The position numbers and the translations under genes are program-made. 64,000 nt of DNA from Syntrophales bacterium. Its GTDB lineage: Bacteria > Desulfobacterota > Syntrophia > Syntrophales > UBA4778. The notes under the pieces are model-generated. The model ran no database searches and was not told the origin of the DNA. It saw nothing but the letters and a program-made list of their open reading frames with translations. Every line of letters begins with the position of its first letter. The first letter of the stretch is position 1. Shown piece by piece: positions 10,445-21,378 of this stretch. The stretch lies in contig CAXXQE010000001.1 of the NCBI GenBank assembly GCA_963665615.2, positions 265,151 through 329,150 of the forward strand, read 5' to 3'.

Positions 10445-10473
10445 TTGACTATAAGCATGATATGTGGTAGATT
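10445..10473 (+). promoter_or_regulatory. sigma70-type promoter for the carD operon
   Basis: TTGACT-N17-TAGATT with an extended TG. Confidence 0.5.
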
Positions 10474-10505
10474 GCGTTGTCTTAAACATGGAGGGGTGAC
10501 GCAAA

Positions 10506-10991
10506 ATGTTTAAAATTGGAGACTTAGCAGTTTATCCTGCACAGGGTGTCGGAATTATCGAATCGATCGAGCAAAGGGAAGTCATGGGTAGTAGCCAGGA
10601 GTTCTACATCATGAAGATCCTGGGCAACAACATGCGCATCATGATTCCCCTGAACAGTGCGAACTCCGTCGGTTTGCGTGAAATCATCGCCAGAGAAGAG
10701 ATTCCAAAGATCTACGCCATTCTCAAAGACAAAGACATCAGCATCGACAAGCAGACATGGAACAAGCGCTACCGGGACTATCTGGAGAAGATCAAGACGG
10801 GTTCTGTCTATGAAGTGGCGCGCGTTTTAAGAGATCTGTGCGTTCTGAAGGTGGATAAGGATCTTTCGTTCGGCGAAAGGAAGATGATGGATACCGCCAA
10901 GAATCTCCTGATCAAGGAGATTTCTGTTGCCTGTTGCGCAGCCGAAAATAAAATCGAGGCAGACATTAACGCCTTATTCCCCATCCAGTAG
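10506..10991 (+). CDS. carD: CarD/CdnL-family transcription factor
   Basis: MFKIGDLAVYPAQGVG, TWNKRYR, LSFGERKM. Confidence 0.95.
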   Translation: MFKIGDLAVYPAQGVGIIESIEQREVMGSSQEFYIMKILGNNMRIMIPLNSANSVGLREIIAREEIPKIYAILKDKDISIDKQTWNKRYRDYLEKIKTGSVYEVARVLRDLCVLKVDKDLSFGERKMMDTAKNLLIKEISVACCAAENKIEADINALFPIQ

Positions 10992-11083
10992 TAACACATC
11001 CAAGGCATTGCCCATCCACCTTATTTCCGTTCTTTTACATTCGAATAAGGAGTATCTATAGGCTTATCATTTTAGGAGGTGTT

Positions 11084-12123
11084 ATGCTTCAAGTTACCAT
11101 AAGACTTCTTCTGATATCGGCCTGTTCCATCAGCGGTTACTTCATTGCCTCCAAGTCGATCATTTTTCCTTTTTCACTTATTGGACTATTATTCGGTTTA
11201 TTCATCGCATTATTTGTCATTCAGGTCGAACAGGGCGTCAGGCATGTATCGTTGCGGGTGATATTGGGCGGGGTTCTTGGAACCCTTGTCGGACTTGTCA
11301 TTGCGTTTCTCGCCGCTTTTGCCCTCAACTTCACCAGTCTGGAAGATCGTCAGGCGATTGTCCCTTGGGTCCACGTTTTACTGACCTGCGCACTGGGGTA
11401 TCTTGGCTTGGTCATCGGATCGAGAAGAGGAGAGGAGGTCACCCTTATTTTCGGAAGGACTGGCGAAGCCCGGGTGATCAATGACCACCGTATCCTCGAT
11501 ACGAGCGTTATCATCGACGGACGCATCGCCGATATCGGCGAGACAGGATTTTTGGAGGGTCCCCTGATTGTTCCCCGATTTGTTCTTGAAGAGCTTCAAC
11601 TCATCGCCGATTCGTCAGATCCCATGAAGCGGTCGCGGGCAGACGGGGCCTCGATGTTCTCAACCGCATGCAGAAAAGCGCCGGCATGCGCATCGAGGTA
11701 CTGGATCAGGACTTTCCGAAGGTAAAAGGCGTCGATGGCAAACTGATCGAGCTGGCCAAGAAGATAGGGGGCAGGATCGTCACCAACGACTTCAACCTCA
11801 ATAAGGTGGCGGAACTCCAGGGAATAAAAATCCTCAATGTCAATGAACTGGCCAATGCACTGAAACCGGTTGTGTTGCCGGGAGAAGCAATGCTGGCCAA
11901 GATCATTAAAGAGGGCAAAGAGGCGGGTCAAGGTGTTGCATATCTCGATGACGGCACGATGATTGTCGTGGATAATGCCATCAGGAACCAGGGTGAAACG
12001 ATTTCGATCGTCGTGACAAGCGTCTTGCAGACCGCTGCGGGGCGGATGATCTTCGCAGAGAAAAAGGAAACGGACTCCAATTCCGAGCGAAACACTTCAT
12101 CAGCGATATCGCCCAAATCTTAA
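11084..12123 (+). CDS. Membrane PIN/TRAM-domain protein (YacL-like); one frameshift near 11640
   Basis: TM helices, [34 protein letters not shown] spread over two frames; carD-PIN/TRAM-ispDF synteny. Confidence 0.9.
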
Positions 12124-12226
12124 GAGCCCCTTTGACGGTGTCGGGACTCTTGCTGTCGGATTTAGCTCATAATTGACAGGCTCATCAATACAGGGTATGA
12201 GAGCAGTCAGTTATGAGCTTTTTTTT

Positions 12227-12351
12227 CAGGCTGTTCAAAAAGGCTCATATGCTGCGTTGTGCTTCGCCATTCGGATGCTCACGTACGCTCACAGTACGCT
12301 CCGCTCCTCATGGCTTGCGCGCCTTGCCTCTAAGCCTTTTTGAACAGCCTG
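12227..12351. mobile_element. MITE-like repeat family B, copy 1
   Basis: Perfect 19-bp terminal inverted repeats CAGGCTGTTCAAAAAGGCT / AGCCTTTTTGAACAGCCTG; no transposase. Confidence 0.8.
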
Positions 12352-12400
12352 CGCGTTTTTACATAAAGCAAAGCCCTGCCACGAGTAGGGAGAGGCGTCT

Positions 12401-13567
12401 ATGGCTTGTGTTTGTGCAATCATACCGGCGGGAGGCTCCGGCAAGCGGATGGGGGCGGATCAGCCCAAGCAGTATCTGCCGCTGGCCGGGCGGCCGGTCA
12501 TTCTACATACGCTCGGCGTTTTTGATCGCGCGGCCTCGATTGACCGCACGATCGTCGTCGTGCCGGGAGACGATGTAGAGTTTGTGCGAGATATGATCGC
12601 GCAGACGGATTGCGCCAAGCCCGTCGTTGTGGTTGCCGGCGGCAGGGAGCGTCAGGACTCCGTGCGCAACGGTCTCGCGGCGCTTCCCGATGACGCCGAT
12701 GTCGTCGTCGTTCACGATGCCGTCAGGCCCTTTATCTCCGAGGCGATCATCGATCTGTCAGTAGCCGAGGCGTGCCGTCTCGGGGCCGTGTCCGTTGGTG
12801 TTCCGGCCAAGGATACCGTCAAGACCGTCGATCCGGAAAACCGTGTGACCGCCACCTTGGAGCGGAACAAATTGTGGTTGACGCAGACACCGCAAACCTT
12901 CCGGAGGGATCTGCTCGAAGCCGCGTATTGTAAGGCTTACGAGGCAGGAAACTATGCGACGGACGACGCGGCGCTGGTGGAGGCCCTGGGGCACGCCGTC
13001 ACGATGATTCAAGGAGATTATCGCAATATCAAGATCACAACGCCTGACGATATGGCCTATGGAGAATTTTTGCTGAAGGGAGGCGCGCCGCGTATGAAGG
13101 TTGGGATCGGTTATGACAGCCATCGCCTCACGGAAGGGCTGCCCCTGATTCTCGGCGGGGTAACGATTCCGTCGGATCGTGGGCTCGTCGGCCATTCCGA
13201 TGCGGATGCCCTGATTCACGCAGTGATCGACGCCCTGCTGGGCGCCATGGCCGCGGGAGATATCGGTCGGCACTTCCCGGACAGCGATCCCGCCTATCGC
13301 GGAATCTCCAGTATCACGCTACTGGAGCGGGTCCGAAAGATCATCGACCGCCAAGGCTACACCATTGTCAATATCGACGCCAGCATTCTGATGGAGCGGC
13401 CGAAACTCGCGCCCCATATTCCGGCAATGGCGGAAAACATTGCGCAGGCCCTCGGCATTGCCGCTACAGTGGTCAGTGTCAAGGCCAAGACCAATGAAGG
13501 CATGGGATTCGTGGGGACCGGCGAAGGCGTGGCGGTGATGGCGACGGCGGTGGTGGAACAACGGTAA
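12401..13567 (+). CDS. ispDF: Bifunctional IspD/IspF
   Basis: IIPAGGSGKRMG, GGRERQDSV and VHDAVRP, then GIGYDSHRL, GHSDADALIHA, GDIGRHFPD and KAKTNEGMG. Confidence 0.95.
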   Translation: MACVCAIIPAGGSGKRMGADQPKQYLPLAGRPVILHTLGVFDRAASIDRTIVVVPGDDVEFVRDMIAQTDCAKPVVVVAGGRERQDSVRNGLAALPDDADVVVVHDAVRPFISEAIIDLSVAEACRLGAVSVGVPAKDTVKTVDPENRVTATLERNKLWLTQTPQTFRRDLLEAAYCKAYEAGNYATDDAALVEALGHAVTMIQGDYRNIKITTPDDMAYGEFLLKGGAPRMKVGIGYDSHRLTEGLPLILGGVTIPSDRGLVGHSDADALIHAVIDALLGAMAAGDIGRHFPDSDPAYRGISSITLLERVRKIIDRQGYTIVNIDASILMERPKLAPHIPAMAENIAQALGIAATVVSVKAKTNEGMGFVGTGEGVAVMATAVVEQR

Positions 13568-13578
13568 CGGGTGACAGG

Positions 13579-13767
13579 TGATAGTCTCGTAAAAAGTCAC
13601 AAGGGATGAGGGGTGCGGGATGGCTCTCTTCCGCTCAGAAATCTTTTTCCGTCATGTTCGGCGCAAATTGCCAGCACGGTCGGGATGGAAAAAGCTTTGA
13701 TTCGCGTTCGAGACCCATCCCGCACCCCTCTTGTTTTATGTATGATGGACGCGTTATTTGACTTTTT
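13579..13767 (+). mobile_element. MITE-like repeat family A, copy 2 (right end eroded)
   Basis: TGATAGTCTCGTAAAAAGTCA start; same internal core as the other copies. Confidence 0.82.
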
Positions 13768-13827
13768 CACTATTTACTATTCACCATTTACCATTTACTC
13801 ATCACTATAAAAACCAGGAGAACGTGA

Positions 13828-15277
13828 GTGATTCAGACCGAAAAAATCAGGGTGCGTTTTGCCCCGTCGCCGACCGGCGAGTTGCACGTCGGCAATGCCC
13901 GCACGGCCCTCCACAACTGGCTCTTTGCCAGACACAGCGGCGGCGCTTTTGTGCTGCGCATCGAGGATACGGATCGTGCGCGCACCTTCGAGATCTTTGA
14001 GCAGGGGATCATCCGCGATCTGAAATGGCTCGGGCTCGACTGGGACGAAGGCCCCGGTGCGGGCGGCGATTACGGTCCCTACAACCAGTATCAACGCCTC
14101 GATCTCTACAAGTCCTACCTGGACGAACTGATCCGCGCGGATCGCGTCTATCCCTGCTACTGCACCGACGAAGAACTCGATATCGAGCGCAAGACCCTGC
14201 TGGGCCGCGGGCTCGCGCCGCGTTATCTCGGCCGCTGCCGCGATCTGACGGCGGAAGAGCGCAGCAAGCGCGAGGTCGAAGGGCTCAAACCTGCCTGGCG
14301 GTTCCGCGTCGGCGAAGGCCAGATCGCGTTTCAGGACCGCGTGCGCGGGGAGATGCGTTTCGACTGCGCCGCACTGGGCGATTTCATCATTGTCCGCTCC
14401 AACGGCATCCCTGCCTATAACTTCGCCGTGGTGATCGACGACCACCTGATGCGGATTACCGATGTCATCCGCGGCGAGGACCACCTGTCGAACACCGCCC
14501 TGCAATTGCTGCTCTATCGCGCGCTGGGGTTCGAGCCGCCGCGCTTCGCTCACCATTCCCTTATCCTCGGCAAGGATCGCTCCAAGCTGAGCAAACGCCA
14601 CGGTTCCGTGGCGGTCAAGGAATTCCGCGAGCAGGGCTTCCTGCCGGAGGCGCTCATGAACTATTTAGCCCTGCTGGGAAGTTCGGCAGCGGACGGCAAA
14701 GAGGTTGCATCACGCGACGAACTCGTCACCGCCTTTACGCTGGATCGCACCGGTAAGAGCGGTGCGATCTTTGATGAAGACAAGCTCCGCTGGATGAACG
14801 GCGTCTATATCCGCCAGACCGGCACCGAGGCACTCACCGAAAAACTCATTCCCTTCATTCAACGCGCAGGCTACGATGTCGAGGCCGTCAGCATGGCGCG
14901 GCTGCGCGCCATGATTGACGCGGTGCGCGAGAATCTGCTGCTCCTTTCCGATATCGACCGTGAACTCACACCTTTCTTTGACGACAAATTCCATCTGTCC
15001 CCCCGAGGCCGCGCAGGTGCTCGAAGATCCGCAGGCAAAGGTTTGCGTCAAGGCCTTCCACGATCTGCTGCAAGCCGCGCAAACACCGGAAGCCGCAGAC
15101 TACGCCGCCCTGATGAATGCAGTCAAAACCCAGACTGGCCTCAAAGGCAAGCCGCTCTTCCAGCCCATCCGCGCCGCCCTGACTGGCGTGCTGCGTGGAC
15201 CGGAGTTGGACAAGATTTACCCGCTGCTTGAGCGCAATCAGATTTTGGCGCGATTGACGGCCGTGCTGGCGGGTTAA
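13828..15277 (+). CDS. gltX: Glutamate--tRNA ligase; frameshift at a C-run near 15000
   Basis: RFAPSPTGELHVGN, LRIEDTD, IRGEDHLSN, KLSKR; anticodon domain (GLKGKPLFQPIRAALTG..GPEL) lies in the next frame. Confidence 0.95.
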
Positions 15278-15379
15278 GCAGTTCAGGGTTCAGAGCTAGA
15301 AAAACCAGTTACAGGTAACAGGTTACAAGTGACAGGCCAAAGAGCTGATGGTAGGTTTCATGAGCCGGCCACGGTCTAC

Positions 15380-15405
15380 GTCATTCCCGCGAAGGCGGGA
15401 ATCCA
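15380..15405 (+). repeat. REP/dRS3-like palindrome GTCATTCCCGCGAAGGCGGGAATCCA
   Basis: ATTCCC-N8-GGGAAT; a related copy lies at 20544-20569. Confidence 0.7.
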
Positions 15406-15530
15406 TGCTGTAAAATCTAATAATAATCATTACCAAAAACCTGAAAATGTATACTACATATATTAATTGCTTGGCATAGGACAATCCATCGACAGTGTGG
15501 AGTCTTAGAACATGCAGCGAGGCGACTGAT

Positions 15531-16118
15531 ATGAAGAGACTGGCAATTGCAGTTATAATCTGTCTGGTAGTCCATATGTTAGCGATGGGTGTGCAGCCAA
15601 GCTGGAGTGCTGGCAGTGCGCAAGTGGACGAATTTTCCGCTTTACGGTGCGGGGAGGACGTCGTCAGTGCCCTCATTGGAAAACCCGTTTGCAACGGGCG
15701 GGTCGTCTCGATTGAGGCCGCGCACAGCGACATAGGTCTGCAGCACACGGGCGCGTCTGAGGTGAAAGACGGACTCTCTCTCGTCGGGTGGAAGATTTGT
15801 GGGGTCGAGTACCAGCTATTGACAGCCAAGCGAATCCATGATGCGATCCGGTTTCCATCGCACTCCCGGCGGCAGCCCGCGTTTTTCGGGAAGTGCACTC
15901 TAAACGGTAAAGAACTGTCTGATGCCGTGATTGCGGTTCTGGACAACCCCGAGCCGCGAAGTCCGACTGAACCGCGTTACTCGCCAGAGGACACGATGCT
16001 GCTTGCTGTGATCGCTGCCTGGCGGGTCGACGAGATGCACTTGAGGCTCGTTACGCTCCCGACCGAAGGGCTGCAATGCCCAAGGGGTGGAATCTATACC
16101 ATCGACGGAGGCATGTAA
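15531..16118 (+). CDS. Hypothetical secreted protein
   Basis: Signal peptide MKRLAIAVIICL; several Cys; no family recognised. Confidence 0.6.
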   Translation: MKRLAIAVIICLVVHMLAMGVQPSWSAGSAQVDEFSALRCGEDVVSALIGKPVCNGRVVSIEAAHSDIGLQHTGASEVKDGLSLVGWKICGVEYQLLTAKRIHDAIRFPSHSRRQPAFFGKCTLNGKELSDAVIAVLDNPEPRSPTEPRYSPEDTMLLAVIAAWRVDEMHLRLVTLPTEGLQCPRGGIYTIDGGM

Positions 16119-16207
16119 CGTCGCGCTGGTAGTAATTCTTATGGACTGCCATGGGGGACGCCCATGAAAATACGCGTTTTTTATCACAACGTAAAAAAGC
16201 ATCATGG

Positions 16208-17061
16208 ATGGAGCAAATCATGCTGAGCATCGACATCATCAAAAAGCGATATTCTTGTCGAACGTACGATCCGAGGCCCCTTGAGAAAGAGGACGTTGGA
16301 CGCGTTGAGCGCATTGATTCCTTCTGAAACTACAGGGTTGTTTGGAAACAGGCTCCGGTTCTGTCTGCTCGATCTGGGTCAAAGTGAGCGCGACGAGTTG
16401 AAGAACCTCGGCACGTATGGCTTTATCAAAGGGGCCAAGCTGTTTCTGGCGGGAACCGTTTCCATGGGGCATAGGGATATGCTGGATTTCGGTTATGCCA
16501 TGGAACGCTATATTCTGGAAGCGACGTCGCTGGGCCTGGGGACGTGCTGGCTCGGCGGGACTTTTAATAAAAGCGGCTTTTCAAAAAAGATCGGGATTCA
16601 ACCGGGAGAGCGTCTAGCCGCCCTAACTCCCCTCGGCTACCCCGCGGACCGGAGGACGATCCGGGAGGGTATGATTCGCTTCCTTGTCAAAGCAGACAAT
16701 AGAAAGGCATGGAGCGAATTGTTCTTTGATGGCTCTCGTGAGAAATCTTTGTCGGAGGTTTCTGCCGGGTTTTTACCGGACTGCGCTGGAATGTGTTCGC
16801 CTCGGTCCTTCGGCTTCCAATAAGCAGCCATGGCGTTTTATCAGGGAAGACGACCGCGCCTTTTCGCTCTTTTTGGAAAGGACGCCCGGATACGCAAAAA
16901 AATGGGGCGGTTCCGATTTGCAGATGATCGACATGGGCGTCGCCATGTGTCATTTCGAGGTTGCCGCCGGTGAACTGAACCTGCTGGGGGGATGGGAGCA
17001 AAAACCGCCTGCCGTTGTGCCGGAGCAATGGGAATATATCGCGAGCTGGATAATGAGATAG
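16208..17061 (+). CDS. Nitroreductase-family protein; two frameshifts (about 16285 and 16770)
   Basis: IIKKRYSCRTY, GLGTCWLGG, GPSASNKQPWRF and IDMGVAMCHF across frames. Confidence 0.85.
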
Positions 17062-17118
17062 TCAGCGGTCCTGCTTGTCACTTGTTACTCGTCACTTGTC
17101 ACTCAAAGCGGCCCAAAC

Positions 17119-17168
17119 AAAAAAACGCCACTGCGGTCTTGAACAACCGCAGTGGCGTTTCACTTTTC
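17119..17168. terminator. Bidirectional intrinsic terminator
   Basis: AAACGCCACTGCGGT-loop-ACCGCAGTGGCGTTT between convergent genes. Confidence 0.8.
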
Positions 17169-17183
17169 GATGCCGCTTAATTT

Positions 17184-18740
17184 CTACAGCGGAATGTTGT
17201 TATGCTTCTTGTCGAGCTTCTTCTGGACCTTGTCTTTGAAGGCGTCGAGAATGGTCACGATCCGGACGCGGGTTTCGCTCGGTTTGATGACCTCTTCGAT
17301 GATGCCCATGCTGGCCGCGAAGTAGGGGTTGTTGAACTGGTCCTCATAGGCGCAGGCCAGTTCCTGGCGCTTGGCCGCAGGATCCGGAGCCCCGTTGATC
17401 TCCTTGCGGTAGATGATGTTGCACGCGCCTTCCGCACCCATGACGGCAATTTCTGCCGAGGGCCAGGCCATTACGTAATCCGCACCGAGGTTCTTGCTGC
17501 ACATGGCGATGTAAGCGCCGCCGTAATCCTTGCGGGTTACGACGGTGATCTTCGGCACGGTGGCTTCTGAATAGGCATGGAGGAGCTTCGCGCCGTGGCT
17601 GATGATTCCGTTCCACTCCTGGTCGGTTCCCGGCATGTAGCCCGGCACGTCCGCGAAGGTCAGGAGCGGGATATTGAAGGCGTCGCAGAAACGGATGAAA
17701 CGCGAGGCTTTGTCAGAGGCCTTGGTGTCGAGGACGCCTGCACCCGCCGCGGGGTTGTTGGCGATGACGCCGACCGGCTGGCCCATGACGCGGATAAGCG
17801 CGATCACGATGTTCTTGGCCCAGTTGGCGTGAAGTTCGAAGAATTCGCCGTTATCGGCAACGGCCGCCACGACCTTCTTCATGTCGTAGCCGCCGGCTGG
17901 AGCGGTCGGGGATGATCTTGTCCAGGTCCGGGACAGAGCCGGTCCGGCTGATCGGTCGGTTCGACCGTGGGCAGCGGGCTGGTGCAGGAATCCGGAATAT
18001 AGGACAGCAGGATCTTGATCTTCGCGATGCAGTCTGCGTCGGTGTCGGCAACCACATGGCAGACGCCGCTCTTGGTGGCGTGGCATTCGGCGCCGCCCAG
18101 GTCATTGTGGGAGATCTCTTCGCCGATGACCGCCTTGACCACGTCCGGACCGGTAATGTACATGTAGCTGCCCTTGACCATGAAAACCCAGTCGGTCAGG
18201 GCGGGTGAATAAACCGCGCCGCCCGCGGTGGGGGCCCATGATGGCCGTGATCTGGGGGATGTAGCCGGAGGCCTGGGGTATTGCGGTAGAAGATGCCGCC
18301 GTAGCCCTGAAGGGACATGACGCCTTCCTGGATGCGCGCACCGCCGGAATCGTTCATCGAGATGAAGGGCTTTCGGGCGTCGATGGCCATATCCATGACC
18401 TTCCAGATCTTCTGGGCGTGCATTTCGCCCAAGCTTCCGCCGGAGCTGGTGAAGTCCTGCGCCGCCGCGTAGACTGTGCGGCCGTTGACCTTTCCGAAAC
18501 CGGTGATGACGCCGTCGGCGTTGATTTCCTTGCCGCCCAGTCCGAAGAGGGTGGAACGGTGTTTGACGAACAGCTGGATTTCCTGAAAGGTGCCCTCATC
18601 GAACAGCAGGTTCAGTCTCTCCCTCGCTGTCAGTTTACCGGCTTCTTTGTGTTTTTTGACCATAGCCCTCGCCGCCCATGGTCAAAGAGCGCGGCCTTGC
18701 GCTCTTCAAATTGTTTGATTTTGTCTTCGGTTAGTCCCAT
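17184..18740 (-). CDS. Acyl-CoA carboxyltransferase subunit (PccB/MmdA-like); several frameshifts
   Basis: GKLTARERL, DSGGARIQEG, DVPGYMPGTDQE, GAKLLHAY, AEIAVMGAEGA, KKHNNIPL. Confidence 0.92.
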
Positions 18741-18895
18741 ACAGTTTTCTCTCCCTTTGATATGCTGTCGAGGCCTACCGGAAAGCGGGCAGTGCCCTGA
18801 GAACAAAACCTCCAGTAAAGGCCATTTTTTTCATAACGCTGCTGATTAACATGTGCGTCGGGTGAATGCAATCGGAAATTAAGCCATGTATTTCC

Positions 18896-18924
18896 TTGAC
18901 GTTAAAGGACCAAGACATTATATT
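18896..18924 (+). promoter_or_regulatory. sigma70-type promoter for pgk
   Basis: TTGACG-N17-TATATT. Confidence 0.55.
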
Positions 18925-19075
18925 GTGGCCTCTTCGATGAAAGAGGCCGGAGAGCCTCCGATTTCCGGGGAAGTTATTTGGGTCTGATGCATTCCCTTCC
19001 GGGCTCAAGCTCTCTGAACGACCTACCGATAAGAACCTATTATTCCGATAACATCTAGCGAAAAGAGGGGGAGTT

Positions 19076-20266
19076 ATGCAATACATCGACGAAATCGATA
19101 TCAAGGGCAAAAAGGTACTCTTCAGGGTAGATTACAATGTTCCGCTCGATAAAGACGCCAACATTACGGACGACGCTCGCATCCGGGCGACACTACCCAC
19201 GATCAATTACGCCCTTGACGAGAATGCCAAGGTGATTGTCACCTCGCATCTGGGCCGACCGAAAGGAAAGATTGTCGATAGATTGAGCCTCGCTCCCGTC
19301 GCCAAGAGGCTGTCACGCCTCCTTGAAAAGGATGTCGTGATGGCGCCGGATTGTATCGGGCCGGAGGTCGAAAAACTGGTAGAGGCCATGAAGCCTGGGG
19401 ATATCCTGCTGCTGGAAAACCTGCGTTTTCATCCGGAAGAGGAAACCAACGACGATGCCTTCTCCGCGGCGTTGGGTCGCCTGGCCGATGTCTATATCGA
19501 TGACGCCTTCGGCAACGCCCATCGCAGCCATGCCTCCAACGTCGGCGTCACCAAGCATGTCAAGATCAGCGGCGCCGGCTTTCTGATGAAAAAGGAACTG
19601 AACTACTTCAACAAGGCGCTGGAAAACCCGGCCAAGCCCTTGGTGGCCATCATCGGCGGCTCAAAGATCTCCGGCAAACTCGAGACGCTCGAATTCCTGA
19701 TTAAAAAGGTAAACAAGCTGATTATCGGCGGGGCGATGGCCTTTACCTTCCTGAAAGCGATGGGCTACGAGGTCGGCAAGTCTCTGATCGAGGAGAACCT
19801 GATCGACAAGGCGCTCGAAATTCTGAAATCGGCCAAGAGTCTCGGTGTCAAACTCTACCTGCCCGTCGACTGCATCATTGCCGAGGAGATGAGCGCAGAG
19901 GCCGAAACAAAGATCGTGCCGATCCAGGAGATCAACTGCAAGTGGATGGCGCTCGATATCGGCCCCGCTACGATTACGCTCTTTACCGAGGTTCTCAGCA
20001 ACGCCAAGACGATCGTCTGGAACGGTCCGATGGGGGTCTTCGAAATCGATGCCTTCAGCCGCGGCACCTCTGCACTGGCCCACAGCGTCGGTAAATCGTA
20101 TGCCCTGTCCATCGTCGGCGGCGGCGATACCGATGTGGCGATCGACAAGGCCGGAGAGCGGGACAACATGTCCTATATTTCCACAGGCGGCGGCGCATTC
20201 ATCAAACTGCTCGAGGGCAAGGATCTGCCGGCCATCAGGGCGTTGAAGGATTGCTGTCCGAAATAA
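19076..20266 (+). CDS. pgk: Phosphoglycerate kinase
   Basis: [43 protein letters not shown]. Confidence 0.98.
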   Translation: MQYIDEIDIKGKKVLFRVDYNVPLDKDANITDDARIRATLPTINYALDENAKVIVTSHLGRPKGKIVDRLSLAPVAKRLSRLLEKDVVMAPDCIGPEVEKLVEAMKPGDILLLENLRFHPEEETNDDAFSAALGRLADVYIDDAFGNAHRSHASNVGVTKHVKISGAGFLMKKELNYFNKALENPAKPLVAIIGGSKISGKLETLEFLIKKVNKLIIGGAMAFTFLKAMGYEVGKSLIEENLIDKALEILKSAKSLGVKLYLPVDCIIAEEMSAEAETKIVPIQEINCKWMALDIGPATITLFTEVLSNAKTIVWNGPMGVFEIDAFSRGTSALAHSVGKSYALSIVGGGDTDVAIDKAGERDNMSYISTGGGAFIKLLEGKDLPAIRALKDCCPK

Positions 20267-20299
20267 AAGAGTCAATGGTGAATAGTGAACAGTAAATAG

Positions 20300-20495
20300 T
20301 GATGGCCTCGTAAAAAGTCAGGGAATGAGGATGACGGGCCGGCTCTCTGCCGCTCAAAAATCTTTTTCCGTCATGTTCAGCGCCAAATTGGCAATGCCAT
20401 CGGGCTGGAAAAATCTTTGATTCGCGTTCGAGACCCAGCCCGTTATCCTCTTGTTTTATGATTGATACGTTATTCGATTTTTTACGAGACCATCA
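20300..20495 (+). mobile_element. MITE-like repeat family A, copy 3 (complete)
   Basis: TGATGGCCTCGTAAAAA ... TTTTTACGAGACCATCA, flanked by an ATAG direct repeat. Confidence 0.88.
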
Positions 20496-20543
20496 ATAGT
20501 GAATGGTGACAGGCTCGTAAAAAGTAACAGCCGGTGCTTGCCT

Positions 20544-20569
20544 GTCATTCCGCGAAGGCGGGGAATCCA
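20544..20569 (+). repeat. REP/dRS3-like palindrome
   Basis: gtcattccgcgaaggcggggaatcca, similar to the copy at 15380. Confidence 0.6.
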
Positions 20570-20637
20570 GTGCTTTTGCTGAATCGAAGGCCCACCGGAG
20601 CATACTCCAGTGGGCCTTTAAGCCGTTCTAGATGATT

Positions 20638-21377
20638 ATGCGCAATATCAAACTGGTCATAGAATACGACGGGTCCGCCTACCACGGGTGGCAGAAACAG
20701 TGCAACGCCCATGCGACCATCCAGCAGATCCTCGAAGACAAGATCGAGATCGTCACGCAGGAAAAGCCGAAGTTGCACAGTTCGGGCCGCACCGATGCCG
20801 GCGTCCACGCCATGAACCAGGTCGCCAATTTCAAGACGTCGAGCCTGATCCCGCCCTACAAGATCATGCTCGGCGTCAACAGTTTGCTGCCGTGGATATC
20901 TCGATCAAAGGCGCCGAGGAGGTCGATCCGGAATTCCACGCCCGCTACAGCGCGCGTAGCAAGGTCTATCTCTACCGGATTCTCAACCGGCGGGCCCGCT
21001 CCGGCCTCTTCCGGAACTACTGCTGGCATGTCCACGGTCCCCTTGATCTCGGCGCCATGATCGAGGCGGGAGGCTGTCTGAGGGGGTGCCATGATTTTGC
21101 CGCATTTTGCGCCGCCAACACCGATACGGAAGGGACCGTGCGCGAGGTGCTTGACTGGAGCCTCCAACGCCGCGACGACGATTTCATCCACTTCACCATC
21201 GAGGCCACCGGTTTTTTAAAATACATGGTGCGCAACATCATCGGCACCCTGGTCCATGTGGGCGCGGGCAAGATGGCCCCCGCAGACGTTTCCAGGGTTT
21301 TAGAGGGTCGGGATCGGACGCTGGCAGGACCGACAGCGCCGCCGCAGGGGCTCTTTTTAAAAGAAGTGAGGTATTGA
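20638..21377 (+). CDS. truA: tRNA pseudouridine(38-40) synthase; frameshift near 20893
   Basis: YDGSAYHGWQ, SGRTDAGVHA, FHARYSA, GFLKYMVRNIIG, TAPPQGL. Confidence 0.95.
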
Positions 21378-21378
21378 C

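Noticed and set aside
12213..13810. Small ORFs 12213-12578 and 13613-13810
   Set aside because: They are translations of the repeat elements or overlap ispDF
20300..20495. 6S RNA (similar length, rod-like fold)
   Set aside because: Multiple dispersed copies with terminal inverted repeats and a flanking direct repeat fit a mobile repeat better
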